Assembly: GCF_006345805.1 (NCBI RefSeq)
Contig: NC_042997.1
Span: forward strand, 30,008,001-30,072,000
From: Octopus sinensis
Taxonomy: Eukaryota
Length of the DNA: 64,000 nt
Direction of reading: 5' to 3'
In this document: positions 10,905-25,180 of the stretch, in pieces
Numbering within the stretch: position 1 is the first letter of the stretch
How the letters are laid out: each line of letters starts with the position of its first letter
Position numbers and translations under genes: made by a program
Notes under the pieces: model-generated
The model's input: only the letters and a program-made list of their open reading frames with translations
What the model was told of the DNA's origin: nothing
Databases searched by the model: none

Positions 10905-12112
10905 TCTAATATTTCGGGTCCGAGCGTTGCAATGCAATGGTAAAGGAACCACAATTATGACACTATCACAATTTTTAGATATGACCACTTCTGTTTCGAA
11001 TTACAGCCTATAGTCTAGGTACAAATAGTTCACTAGCGGCACGCACAGCTGTTCTTGGGGGATCGAAACCCATTCCTGACGCGGTTTTGCCTTCAGAACA
11101 TAGCAAAACACAAGGAGTGCTCGAGACTCTCATCTTCAAAGTAGACCAAACAGAAAAATCCAACGGATTGAGAATGGGGTTTCTTGAGGGGCCGTACATC
11201 CTTGCCTTCTTGAGGGCCATAAATACTGAATGCTTTTTCTGAACCCAGTGTTGTGTCTGTTTGGAACTGTGATATGGTGCCGAGTGCTGTTGGAAGCTCC
11301 AAAGTGCACCTTGGAAGTACTCATTTGCCCAAGGAAGCAGTTCAGCTTCCAGAATGTCGCTAATGTGCCGCTGAGTCTTTATTTTAACACTTGAGGACAC
11401 AAAAACGAGGGTACCCTTCCAGTGTCTGTCACGGCAGCCCAAACTGTAACTGACTGTGGACTTTAACGTCGATTTACGAGTCTACCCTCGACAGGAACCA
11501 GATACACTCTAAAGTCGGTCATTCTAGTGGTTTATTGTCTGTTCGATGTCAAATTTCTTTTCATTAGTGAACACCAAGTTGGTCAGTGTACCTTCAGCAA
11601 TCTGACGCGGGATAAGACGACATCTCTCCATTCTCATAGCCTTATAAACTAGCGTGAACTCAGGACGACGGATCATCTTCTGAAATAGGGGGCTTGAGAC
11701 TCTCCTTCAGAACTCGATACAGCTATGCTCGGCTTATTTTTACTGTGGCAGCCAGTTTTCCGACGGAATGACTAGAATTTCGACGTATCTTTTCGTTGGT
11801 ACTTTTGTTAAGTTGAGGGTTCGTACACTTCCTTTTCGGCCACGTCCAGGTCGATCAGCGGTGGAACCTGTCTCTTGAAATTTCTTGACCATTGTCCAGA
11901 CCGTTGTTCAATTCATCTAAGCTTTTTTGCTATAGCTGTATTACTTTCACCTCCTCTGTGGTGGGTTTGTATTTCGGTCTCTAGCCATTGTCTAAGTTAT
12001 AAATCTGAATTTATTTAATCTGAAACAAAAGGAGACACATTAAGCTTTTATAACAAATGATAGTTATTAAAGCTCGAATCTTCGGTTGCCATAATTTCCC
12101 GAACATCCTCTA
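10905..12112 (-). mobile_element. Degenerate IS630-Tc1-mariner transposon, DD37D/maT-like
   Basis: Frameshifted: TVWTMVKKFQETGSTADRPGRGRKRSVRT, LVFTNEKKF, SVTVWAAV, LVFV..ILEAELLPWA..FQQHSAPYH, P.LNPLDFSVWS.L. Confidence 0.85.
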
Positions 12113-12118
12113 TGTGTG

Positions 12119-12218
<100 letters not shown>

Positions 12219-12683
12219 GTATGTCTATGTATGTATATATATAGGTGTTTGTGTGTGTATTTATATATGTGTGCGTGTGTGTGTGTGTGTGTACATATAT
12301 ATATAGTATAGAGGAAAAGTCTTAGTCCTGGTAGAGTGTAAATTTAGGGCATTTCCAGAGAAGCATTCAGCCGTATATTGAGCAATTAACACTGCTGGAT
12401 TCCAGGCCCATACCGGAATTCCTCAACCCTAATCCTAACGACGATCACACCATAAAGTGAGAAAAATCGTACCAACCATGACGAACTACACTTTTATTTA
12501 AACTGCGTATATAAGCTGTATATTTTAAATGAGAGAGAGAGAGAAGGAGTGAGAGCGAGAGACAGACAGACAGACAGAGACAAAGACATATACATACGTG
12601 CGTGGGTGTGAGCATATTTGTGTCTGCCCAGACTTTCGAGTATATTTATGGGAATATTTCTAGAAATGTACAATATTTATCGA

Positions 12684-14762
12684 TTTCATTACTACCCACA
12701 GGAGGCTAAACACAGAGGGGACAAACAAGGATAGACAAACGGATTAAGTCGATTACATCGACTCCAGTGCGTAACTGGTACTTAATTTATTGACCCCGAA
12801 AGGATGAAAGGCAAAGTCGACCACGGCGGATTTTGAACTCAGAACGTAACGGCAGACGAAATACCTATTTCTTTATTGCCCACAAGGGGCTATATATAGA
12901 GGGGACAAACAAGGACAGACAAACGGATTAAGTCGATTACATCGACTCCAGTGGGTAACTGGTACTTTAATTTATCGACCCCGAAAGGATGAAAGGCAAA
13001 GTCGACCTCGGCGGAATTTGAACTCAGAACGTAACGGTAGACGAAATACCTATTTCTTTATTGCCCACAAGGGGCTATATATAGAGGGGACAAACAAGGA
13101 CAGACAAACGGATTAAGTCGATTACATCGAATCCAGTGCGTAACTGGTACTTTAATTTATCGACCCCGAAAGGATGAAAGGCAAAGTCGACCTCGGCGGA
13201 ATTTGAACTCAGAACGTAACGGTAGACGAAATACCTATTTCTTTATTGCCCACAAGGGGCTATATATATAGAGGGGACAAACAAGGACAGACAAACGGAT
13301 TAAGTCGATTACATCGAATCCAGTGCGTAAGTGGTACTTTAATTTATCGACCCCGAAAGGAAGAAAGGCAAAGTCGACCTCGGCGGAATTTGAACTCAGA
13401 ACGTAACGGCAGACGAAATACCTATTTCTTTATTGCCCACAAGGGGCTATATATAGAGGGGACAAACAAGGACAGACAAACGGATTAAGTCGATTACATC
13501 GACTCCAGTGGGTAACTGGTACTTTAATTTATCGACTCCGAAAGGATGAAAGGCAAAGTCGACCACGGCGGAATTTGAACTCAGAACGTAACGGTAGACG
13601 AAATACCTATTTCTTTATTGCCCACAAGGGGCTATATATAGAGGGGACAAACAGGGACAGACAAACGGATTAAGTCGATTACATCGAATCCAGTGCGTAA
13701 CTGGTACTTTAATTTATCGACCCCGAAAGGATGAAAGGCAAAGTCGACCTCGGCGGAATTTGAACTCAGAACGTAACGGTAGACGAAATACCTATTTCTT
13801 TATTGCCCACAAGGGGCTATATATAGAGGGGACAAACAAGGACAGACAAACGGATTAAGTCGATTACATCGAATCCAGTGCGTAACTGGTACTTTAATTT
13901 ATCGACCCCGAAAGGATGAAAGGCAAAGTCGACCTCGGCGGAATTTGAACTCAGAACGTAACGGTAGACGAAATACCTATTTCTTTATTGCCCACAAGGG
14001 GCTATATATAGAGGGGACAAACAAGGACAGACAAACGGATTAAGTCGATTACATCGAATCCAGTGCGTAAGTGGTACTTTAATTTATCGACCCCGAAAGG
14101 AAGAAAGGCAAAGTCGACCTCGGCGGAATTTGAACTCAGAACGTAACGGCAGACGAAATACCTATTTCTTTATTGCCCACAAGGGGCTATATATAGAGGG
14201 GACAAACAAGGACAGACAAACGGATTAAGTCGATTACATCGAATCCAGTGCGTAAGTGGTACTTTAATTTATCGACCCCGAAAGGATGAAAGGCAAAGTC
14301 GACCTCGGCGGAATTTGACCTCAGAACGTAACGGCAGACGAAATACCTATTTCTTTATTGCCCACAAAGGGCTATATATAGAGGGGACAAACAAGGACAG
14401 ACAAACGGATTAAGTCGATTACATCGACTCCAGTGCGTAACTGGTACTTTAATTTATCGACTCCGAAAGGATGAAAGGCAAAGTCGACCTCGGCGGAATT
14501 TGAACTCAGAGCGTAACGGCAGGCGAAATACCTATTTCTTTATTGCCCACAAGGGGCTATATATAGAGGGGACAAACAACGACAGACAAACGGATTAAGT
14601 CGATTATATCGACCCCCAATACATAACAGATACTTAATTTATCGACCCCGAAAGGATGAATGGCAAAGTCGACCTCGGAGGAATTTAAACTCAGAACGCA
14701 ACGGCAGACGAAATACGGCTACGCATTTCGCCCGGCATGCTAACGTTTCTGCCAGCTCGCCG
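12684..14762 (-). repeat. Tandem array of 11 x ~185-bp units of tRNA-derived SINE family A (Meta-domain-like core)
   Basis: gaaatac recurs at 12858, 13043, 13228, 13415, 13600, 13785, 13970, 14155, 14340, 14525, 14710; B-box gagttcaaattcc (or 1-nt variants) in each unit; single A-box head ggcgagctggcagaaacg at ~14745-14762. Confidence 0.92.
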
Positions 14763-15158
14763 TATATGTAACATATTTATCACGCAGAAAATATTTTCAA
14801 AACCCTCACTTCTCAAGGGGAAGTATTCAATTTTATATTCTAGAGTTATTTCCCTTGACAGTTATTCGCGAAGTGGTATTTCCTTTCTGTTATGATTATA
14901 AGCCCGTATTTTGACGGCGATTACTTTAGCGTTACACAAATTACTCCCTTCACCTTCGCATAGCAACTGTATCTAAATTCGTTTCATTATGATTAGAGAA
15001 GAACATTTTATTTGGCAGACGGTTATTATAGCGTTCCGCTTGGCAACATTCGTCTTGAAAGCAAATCATAATTATACACATCGCAAACATAATGCTTTTC
15101 AGCTTTAATAAACAGAGCATTATGTAGGGAGGTGGGAGCGTGCGAGCGCAAGTACGTG

Positions 15159-15207
<49 letters not shown>

Positions 15208-15611
15208 CTTTTACTCTCTTTTACTTGTTTCAGTCATTTGACTGCGACCATGCTGGAGCAGCGCCTTCTAGTTTAGTAAATCGACCCCAGGACTTATTCT
15301 TTGTAAGCCTAGTACTTATTCTATCAGTCTCTTTTGCTGAACCGCTAGGTTATGGGGACATAACCACACCAGCATCAGTTGTCAAGCAATGCTAGGGGGA
15401 CAAACACAGGTACACATACATATACACACATACATATATATACATATATACGACGGGCTTCTTCGAGTTTCCGTCTACCAAATCCACTCACAAGGGTTTG
15501 GTCGGCCCGAGGCTATAGTAGAAGACAGTTGCCGAAGGTGCCACGCAGTGGGAATGAACCCGGAACCATGTGGTTGGTAAGCAAGCTACTTACCACACAG
15601 CCACTCCTGCG

Positions 15612-15615
<4 letters not shown>
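15208..15615 (-). mobile_element. Full-length SINE family B
   Basis: Head ggcgcaggagtggctgtgtggtaag..gggttcattccc; tail ctccagcatgg..ctgaaacaagtaaaagagtaaaag. Confidence 0.88.
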
Positions 15616-15646
<31 letters not shown>

Positions 15647-15714
15647 TGGGCCAAATGTCACACACAAAATCGTTTGACATTTATTCATATTACGGTATCA
15701 TTATTATCATGATT

Positions 15715-16550
15715 AAGGCGGCGAGCTGGCAGAATCGCTAAGCACGACGGGGAAAATGGTTTCAGTTATTTCATCAGCTGCTACGCTCTGAGTTCAAATT
15801 CCGCACAGGTCGACTTCGCTTTTCACCCTTTCGAGGTCGATAAGTTACCTAGCAGTTGCGTACCGGGGTCGATGTAATCGACTTAACCACTCCCCCAAAA
15901 TTACTGACCTTGTGGCAAAATTTGAAATCATTATCATCATTATTAAGGCGTCGAGCTGGCAGAAACGTTAGCACGCCGGGCGAAATGCGTAGCCGTACTT
16001 CGTCTGCCGTTACGTTCTGAGTTCAAATTCCGCCGAGGTCGACTTTGCCTTTCATCCTTTCGGGGTCGATGAAATAAGTACCAGTTACGCACTGGGGTCG
16101 ATATAATCGACTTAATCCGTTTGTCTGTCCTTGTTTGTTCCCACTGTGTTTAGCCCCTTGTGGGTAGTAAAGAGATAGGTATTTCGTCAGCCGCTGCGTT
16201 CTGAGTTCAAATTCTACCGAGGTCGATATTGCCTTTCATCCTTTCAGAGTCGTTAAATTAAGTATCAGTGAAATACTTGGGACGATGTAATCGCCTATAC
16301 TCCTTCCCCGAAAATTTTGAAAAGTTTGTGCCTAAAGAAGAAATAATTATTATTATCATTATTAAGGAGTCGAAGTAGCAGAATCGTTACCGCGCCGGGC
16401 AAAATGTTTAGCGTCATTTCGTCTGTCTTTGAGTTCTAAGTTCAAATTTCGTCGAGGTCGACTTCGCATTTCATCCTTTCGGAGTCAATAAATTAAGTAC
16501 CAGTTGAGTACTGGGGTCTAATTTCAGGCTCTGTGCCTATAACAGAAAGA
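15715..16550 (+). mobile_element. Cluster of SINE family A copies (monomer, dimer, diverged monomer) in (TTA/TCA)n
   Basis: Repeated aaggcg.cgagctggcagaa..gagttcaaattcc..gcctttcatcctttcggggtcgat. Confidence 0.85.
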
Positions 16551-16752
16551 ATTATTATTATTGTTACTATTAATCATTTTGTCCATCATGTACAAGTGTG
16601 CGTGTATTCAACATTATTTTGTTTAATATATTCAGTTCTGCAAAAATGGATTTTGAAATGTGTAATATATATATTAAATATGTTTTGATCTTTTGTGCGC
16701 CCTGTACATATAAAAATATACCTAAATGAGTGTGTGTGTGTGTGGGTGTGGG

Positions 16753-16785
<33 letters not shown>

Positions 16786-17525
16786 ACATATACACACTTA
16801 AATTATTGATAACATTATCTGTTTAGATATCCACAATTCCAAAGCTTAATGACTGCACGTTCTTTCGAAGTTTGTTAATTGACGTCAACAACTTACAATA
16901 CTCGCCGGCAAGAATAAAGTTTCAAAAACGAGAAATTCAGAGGAGTATTTTGGTCCAATGGTACAACCGCTCTCATGTATGTATGTATGTATGTATGTAT
17001 GTATGTACGTATGGATGGAAGTTGGATGCATGCATGTATGTATGTATGTATGTATGTATGTATGTATGTATGTATGTATGTATGTATGTATGTGTGTATG
17101 TATGTACGTACGTATGTATGCATGTATGTACCTGTGTCTCTTCTGTATTTAATCATTTAAATTCGTCCTTTGGAGAAGGAGGAAACTATATCTGAAACTA
17201 TTCAGATATATTGAATCTATGAACGTGTGTGCCAACATTTACCTAACCAAAAGGAATTGATCACAGGAAATTATATAATTTATTTAAAGTATTATTTCTT
17301 TTGGCATTTGATTTGAAATAGCCATTTGAATCCGAAATAATTATAGTGTGATTTAAAGACACCCATTGTGTGTTATATTCATTTTGTTGTAAACTTTACT
17401 CTAAGTAATTTCGACACAGAGGTTATACCATTTATATTGAAGATAAATTATGAAATATCTAAAGCTATAAAAAATAATCAGAAAAGATAGCACTGCGTAG
17501 GAAATATAATCAAGGGCAATGTATA

Positions 17526-18404
17526 CATGGTGTGATCAATAAGTATTCGGTCAGTTGCTATAGTAACGAAGCTACAGTACAGAGAGTAGACCCGGTTGGC
17601 ACAGATTGACCTTGAACTCTGCTGTGCATGCGCACTAAGTTTTAACGTTCTGGCTTACTTCTGCTGTTTACAGCAGTGCTTGGAAAGAAAATGTGTAGCG
17701 TGTGATCGTTGTATTGACCATGACAGAAGTTGAGCAGAGAATCTGCATCAAATTTTGCCAAAAGATTGGCGATATCTACTGAGAGGTCTACACAAAGTTT
17801 TCAAAAAAGCTTTCATCGTTCTCGACACAATAAAGGAGATCTTGTGCAGCTGAAACCCGAGTGCTTTTTTGGTCAGCTGAAAACAGTTTTGGCACAAACT
17901 TGGTAGACACGCGTCTCATACCCAAATCGTCAATGTCAATGGACTGAACTGAACCGTAACTAATCTGCACATCATCTGAAATCCCAAGGATGGTTATTCG
18001 AGGACTTCTCCTTACAGCTGCACGCACATCTGCGATATTTTTCTCAGTTCTGCTGGTTGCGCCTTCCCCCCCAATATCGACATTTTTCGGCCATCTTGGA
18101 AACGTCTGAACCACTCGTACACTTGTGTGCGAATCATACACTCCCCTCCATACACTTTCTGCAACATTACATAGGCCTCTGAGCAGGTATCACCGTGACA
18201 ACTTTCTGTCATGGTCAATGCGACGATCACACGCTACACACCTTCCTTCTAAGCACTGCTGTAAACAGTGGAAGTGAGCTAGAACGTTAACATTTAGTGC
18301 GCACGCTCAGCAGAGTTTACGGTCAAACTTTCTAGGGGCTTTACGCTTCAGGCTTTAGCTTCGTTACTATGGCAACAGTCCGGACACTTTTTGATCATCC
18401 CCTG
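17526..18404. mobile_element. Fold-back mariner derivative built from two 5' ends
   Basis: TA-flanked ~270-bp inverted arms; left arm encodes MTE.VEQRICIKFCQKIGD; minus strand encodes LQKVYGGECMIRTQVYEWFRRFQDGR..DDLGMRRVSTKFVPKLFSADQK. Confidence 0.88.
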
Positions 18405-19286
18405 TATACCACACGTATATTGAATGTGTTTTAATCACTGGAGTTACATTTGAAAAGAAAAAAGAACTATGAATCCTATAACATCGAAGTATTAAAAAGG
18501 TAACAAAATTACTTGAAATCATTTTACACGTCTACAAATAAAAGTAAACAGACTTTACAAAATCGAAAATTATGTATCAATGTTGAATAAATATGATAGA
18601 AAGTATATAAATGATCATACTAAACCATGTTATAACATATGACTGCATAATTTTTAACTGGCGCTGTATTTATAGAGAGATACAAACACATTATTTAAGA
18701 CTCAAATTCATGGAAACAGAGACAGTTGGGAGAGCTAGGAAAGATTCAATCCTTTGTTGGGATTTCATCAACAAGTATTAAATGTAAGGATAACCTCTTT
18801 AGCTTAATATATTTAAAACACGTAATCCAATTCCAAATCTTCAGGTATGAACTGGTGATCTATTCGTTAGTAACAATAGTATATTGTCTCTCGATTGGGT
18901 CAGCCATTCTCACACTAAATCCTATTCTTTAAGCTGAACTGTACATTTGAACTTCTATATTTGAAACATGTGAGGATCGTAGGTTTTTTTCTCAGCAAAA
19001 CATAAATAAACAGAAGACTGGTATGTATATATTGTGACGCTGCCAAATAAATATTTTACTCAAGGTTAGTAGAAGTAAATAGAGGAAACTTAACAAAATT
19101 CAATTGTCCCAAAGATCAGGCTATCATGAGTCACATTAGAGTTAGAGCTGTTAATGAGTTCCCCACATTTTCTTTTCTCCCCACTAATATTCCTCTATTC
19201 AGCTTGTTGATTCCATTTCCGCTTTTCATTGTTTTTCTTTTTTCTATTACAACTTATCCTTTTATCAAAATATATTGTTTCGTGTA

Positions 19287-19545
19287 GAGGCGCGTGGCTT
19301 AGTGGCTTGGGTGTTAGCACCATGATCGTAAGATTGTGATTTCGATTCCTGGACCGGGCGACGCGCTGTGTTCTTGAGCAAGCCAGTTCATTTCACGCCG
19401 TTGCTCCAGTCCACTCAGCTCGCAAAAATTAGTAACGCTGCGATGGACTGGCGTCCCGTCCAGCTGGGGAACACATACGCCATAGAAACCGGAAAACCGG
19501 GCCCATGAGCCTGGCTAGGCTTTAAAAGGGCGCATTTATTTATTT
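19287..19545 (+). mobile_element. tRNA-derived SINE family C (V-domain-like tail)
   Basis: ggcgcgtggcttagtgg A-box, ttcgattcc B-box, cttgagcaag, gcgatggactggcgtcccgtccag. Confidence 0.8.
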
Positions 19546-20456
19546 TTACTATATTGTTTCATAACTAATATTTTTGAATATTCACTAAAATTTATTTGGT
19601 TGATACTTTAATGCGAACATTTTTTAAAATTATTTTTAGACTTAAAACATGACAAAATTGATTTTATGTAATATACGTTCGTCTATATATGCGCGTGTAT
19701 ATTTTCATATAGACATCGTGTATATTTTTTTTCGATGCTTCCTGTATTCGATATACATTCGCATTTATATTTTGTAATTACGTGATCATATATTTTAAAT
19801 CCGCTTTTAGATTCCATTTTCAATAAATCATTTGAGTTAGCTTCCTATTTATTTTAAAGTATATAAATAGTCTGCATTATCTTCTGTAAACAATTTTGTT
19901 ATATATAAGTAAGTATGTATGTATGTATGTATGTATGTATGTATGTATGTATGTATGTATGTATGTATGTATGTATTACACTTATTTACATCCAAGATAA
20001 TAGCACAGTTCGTTAAATTACAGAACAGTTTTCAAATTTTCAACTAAATAATTAGTCAAATGAATACAAAATGAACATTCAATTGAATTAATAAGTGATA
20101 GAAATACAACGACTCAGGCCCTTTTTACAGTGTATTGAAATTCCAGTAGTCTGTAGGTCAGTTTTACAAACAATCGATATCAAAGGTCAAATGTATTCAA
20201 GTTATTCTTACTGTTTCGATGAAAAGACTATTGAATTTCGTATTCCGGTGTATTTTATCTTATATTTTAACTGTGTAATATAATTATTCTGTGAATAAAC
20301 ATTCTATTTAAATAAAATTTGCATAGAAATTTAGCTTTGAACCAAATAGTGAAAGGACATCATTTTATAGTTTAAATTATGGACACTGATGATCAGTGAT
20401 CGAATAATTTAAAATAATTATCAACCAGTATTACCCTCTTTTTCTCTTATTTTCAG

Positions 20457-20870
20457 TTGCTGAGTCTGGGGGAAGAAGCAGCTCCTTTGGCCTTTGAAGA
20501 TGTTCTTACCCTAGTGAGTCTAGTGCCATGAATGTTTGTTTTCAGTCTTTACCAGTCAACGCATTCAGGAAAGACATGGATAGTAAGGGAATTGCAAAGA
20601 GCCAGCATTCAAAGAAGGAAGGCCCAAGCGCAGTGATTAGTGTGAGGCTATGTGAAGTTGGACACAAATGATTATTTTTAGGCGTCATGAACTCAGCCAG
20701 CTCCAAGGACCGGATCAAACTGTAGCAGTTGAAGGAGAGAGGCGGCAACGCACTCCAGTGACTGGATAGTAAATATGAGTGAATTTATACAAATCTATCC
20801 GCTGGCCCCTTTTGTGTGGGGGGTCGGGGAGGTGCTGTCTACGATGTTTTTAATCTTTAAATAATTCAAA
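20457..20870 (+). other. Possible exon, with no long ORF
   Basis: Polypyrimidine acceptor ctcttttttctcttattttcag|, donor aaa|gtaagt, GC-richer than flanks. Confidence 0.25.
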
Positions 20871-22143
20871 GTAAGTATTGTGACTATAGAATAATACTTA
20901 TTGGTATCGAAAAATTTTCATTTGGGAAAAGGCAAGTGATTCTAATCCTGAATCCTATCAATACAAATAGCTTCGTCCAAGAAGAATACGAGTAAATTAC
21001 ATATATACAATGGTTTCTTATAGAGTCAAAGTTTATTTTATGTACACAGCAGTGGATCTTATTGGCCCTCAGATAAACTCAAGTGTTACTTTCTGGCCTT
21101 TATATGGCACATAGTTAAATGTTTGAATATATATTTATGAGTGATTTATTTAAAGTTAAAGCACTAAGAGAGGTAGATAAAAAAAAAGGAGGTGAGTTTG
21201 AACCGGGAGACCAGTATGGAAGAACTACTGTCTAGAACAAGCAAAGATGGCAAAGAAACTAGGTTTAAGAATCTTCGAACACATGAAAATATTATAGCAA
21301 CCTATCAGAATAGCTTGAAGAATATATAATCAAGATAAGAAGGTAAAATCTCAATAGAGAAAGAAGTGGTTGCATCAATCACATCTAGCGAAATGGCAAA
21401 TTACACATATGGTAATAACAGGTCTAATGAGTTTGGTAAATATGTTTTGCCATCTGTGTAAATAATAAACGTTACACTCGCTGTCAACATTGAGAAAATT
21501 CTTAAACGAGAACAAGTATGAAAATATTAATTTTAGTTTTTCAGCTGAGTATTTGTGCGAAATAGCAGCAGCTGGAAATTGTAAACAAAGATCCCAGAAT
21601 TTATCAACTGGTTATTAAGTTTAACGTTTAAAATGATTTCATAGTTGTGCACTGTAGAAAATTGTCTCTTCAATGTACATATATCACACGTTGAATCTTG
21701 TTTAGGAAATAGATTTAAACATGGAAAGCTGAACAAACGAAAGCAATATTCTACTTTTAGAAAACATAAACATTTTGAGTTTCTCGATAGAAATTGGTGT
21801 TGATCGATTGCATATAACATTTGAAGGTAAAAAAAAAAAAAGCGGTCTGTGATAATTTTCCAATATATTGAATAAATATCACTATGTTCTGATGCCTCAA
21901 GCTGATACTTTCTCACGTAGTCAAGGAAGTAAAACAATAGGGAACATATTGTATTAGGTTTGCTTCTTGTTTCTTAAATGAATATAGAGTAACTAACTCC
22001 AAAAAAGGTAAAATTGTACATGGTGTTGCAATGCTTAATTATCGGAGAAAATCGAAGATATCATCTCTTTTATACACAACATTTATACATTACATAATCC
22101 ATAAATTAACTTGTATGTAACTTTTTTTAATTTTAAATGTAGT

Positions 22144-22208
<65 letters not shown>

Positions 22209-22512
22209 CTGAAACTTCAACTCCACCCCAAACCTACATCGACAAAACTTATATATAAGCGAGTGACTCCAAAGCAAAATTTCACTTTACTCTAAAACAT
22301 GGGTACAAACTGTTAATCCCCTTTTTGTTCCTCTTTGTCCTCCTAAAAGATTCTTTTTAATACTTTATGAGATGGATACATCAAAACCTGTAATATTTTA
22401 AACTACTCACTGTAACAAGAATATTAAACATTCTCTGAAATATACTTTTGTGCCTTTTTCAACTATATTTACTTTTTAACTATATATACATACATACATA
22501 TACATACATACA

Positions 22513-22546
<34 letters not shown>

Positions 22547-22553
22547 CATATAT

Positions 22554-22649
<96 letters not shown>

Positions 22650-22654
22650 CATAT

Positions 22655-23170
22655 AGGTTAAAGAATTATTAATTTAATAATTAATAAATTTTACCAGGTA
22701 GCTTCGGTATGGAAAAAAACCATTATCGGTAAAAACTTATCCAAAAAGTTTTTTTTAATAATTATAAACATAATTAAGGGATTAGCAAAACGTTGCTTCA
22801 CTACATACCGAAAAATTAGAAATAGCAATCAAAACTACTAATTCTTCTACTTCAATATATCTCTACAGACAATACTCGTAACTCACAAAGGCAAAGAGAA
22901 GAAAAAAAATAACGAAACCAACCAGCCTTCGTTAATCATGTACGGGTTTCGGGATTAGAATTGTAACATTCATTTCCTTTGTCAGCATGATATTCGAGAT
23001 TATAAATTTGAAAGTGCTAACATAATTCATGCACGTTCGATCAAGCGACATCGAACATAACATAAGATAAACAGCATTTTCGAATTTATATAGACTGCAA
23101 TTTGTAGTAGAAGAATTAGTATTTTTGACTGCTATTTCTAAATTTTCGGTATGTGGTGAAGCAACTTTTT
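22655..23170. mobile_element. PLE-like fragment with inverted ~60-bp end
   Basis: gttgcttcactacataccgaaaa.ttagaaatagca.tcaaaa.tactaattcttctac (22792-22850) inverted at 23108-23166; (TA)n flanks. Confidence 0.55.
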
Positions 23171-23218
23171 GTTATATATATAATATATATATATATATAT
23201 AATATATATATATATATA

Positions 23219-23684
<466 letters not shown>

Positions 23685-23699
23685 GTCATATGTATATAT

Positions 23700-23985
23700 A
23701 TGACTATAAGATCTGGAGGTCAATTTGTAGGAAGAATGTTAGCTTCAAGCAATCCGTAGTAAATATAAAAAGACAATGACATACATTGCTGAAAGATCTA
23801 GAAGCATTGCAAAGAGATTAAATAAACATTTCAGACAATATGACGACAAAAAACAGTCCTCCATACTCTACCAGCATGCCAAAGACCAACATGGTGGCAC
23901 ACTGGGTCGACTTGACAATCGCATTTTATCCAAGCACCCGAAGGACCCAACAGTCAAACAAAGAGGTACGCGTAGAAAGTAACGA
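23700..23985 (+). mobile_element. PLE GIY-YIG endonuclease fragment
   Basis: TYIAERSRSIAKRLNKHF..SILYQHAKDQHGG resembles YIGETSR..R..EH..L..H....H. Confidence 0.7.
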
Positions 23986-24088
23986 TATCCCAATACCTAC
24001 ATTTTATATATACACCGTTAGATTTTGTTAGTAGGATATTATGTAGGCGTATATATATATATATAAATACTAAATTTCTAAATCTCTC

Positions 24089-24138
<50 letters not shown>

Positions 24139-24619
24139 ATGCATGCATGTATGTATGTATGTATGTATGTATGTATGTATGTATGTATAGGTAGGTAGGT
24201 AGGTAGGTAGGTAAATGGATATATAGGTAAACAGATAGATAAGTAGATGGGTCCATAGTAATACGGACAGAGAAGCACACACATATACGTACACAGAAGG
24301 AGAGGAAACACATGACCATATACAGACGTCCATTTATAACGGATGAACATAAATAATCACACTAACACATACACATATACACACTCAAACACGCACTCAC
24401 AAGGAAACAAAGGTACACACATGAATGCAAACACACACATACACATACATCACACAACCATGAACACGCAAACACATGAATATATAGAATACATATATAC
24501 AAACGTACACGCATGCATATACATACATACATACATACATACATACACCCACATATCACCTACATCATAAGCAGCTGTCTGGAAATGTCATCATGTCTCA
24601 TCAACCGATGAGACATTAT

Positions 24620-25180
24620 GTTTTAGCTAGGACACTCTATAATGAAATCCCTCGGAAGGATAACCCCCGAGGATAAAGAAATAACAACCTACAGTATGGT
24701 AGAAGCCATATAGTTACTCATAATAACGGGGAGTTCTAGTAGAATATCCCAGTGAAGACCTCAATAAAATGTAAGCACAACAGACCTGATATAATGATTT
24801 GGTAAGAGAAGAGAAACTGTGCACAGTTACGGAAATTAGCTGCTCAGCGGATGTTAATATAAAGCTTAAGATCAAGGAAAAAGGAGAACACCTACGCTGA
24901 ACTATTGAGAAATCCGCAGTTACTTTATCCCTATTTTAAGTTCAGGTTTATACTTGTGATTATTGGGGCCCTGGGATATGTAACACACTGCCTAAATACC
25001 AATCTTGAGAAATTAGGCTTCTCAAAACCAGAAAGGAGAAAGCTAATTCGAAGACTACAGATCCAATCTATAATAGGAACTATAAAAATTTGTAAAACTT
25101 TCCAGAAGTTTATCAATGAAATATATATGAGCATGCCTAGATATGAAACTATACGCATGAGAATACATAAATAAAGCAAA
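24620..25180 (+). mobile_element. RLE-type (R4/Dong-like) LINE C-terminus and 3'UTR
   Basis: KCKHNRPDIMIW..CTVTEISC..D.N....KEK..YAELLRN..VIIGALGYV; ends in aataaa + (TACA)n. Confidence 0.8.

Noticed and set aside
12684-14762. Regular array resembling CRISPR or a tRNA gene cluster
   Set aside because: Units are near-identical over their full length with no unique spacers, no cas genes, and no full cloverleaf; it is a SINE multimer
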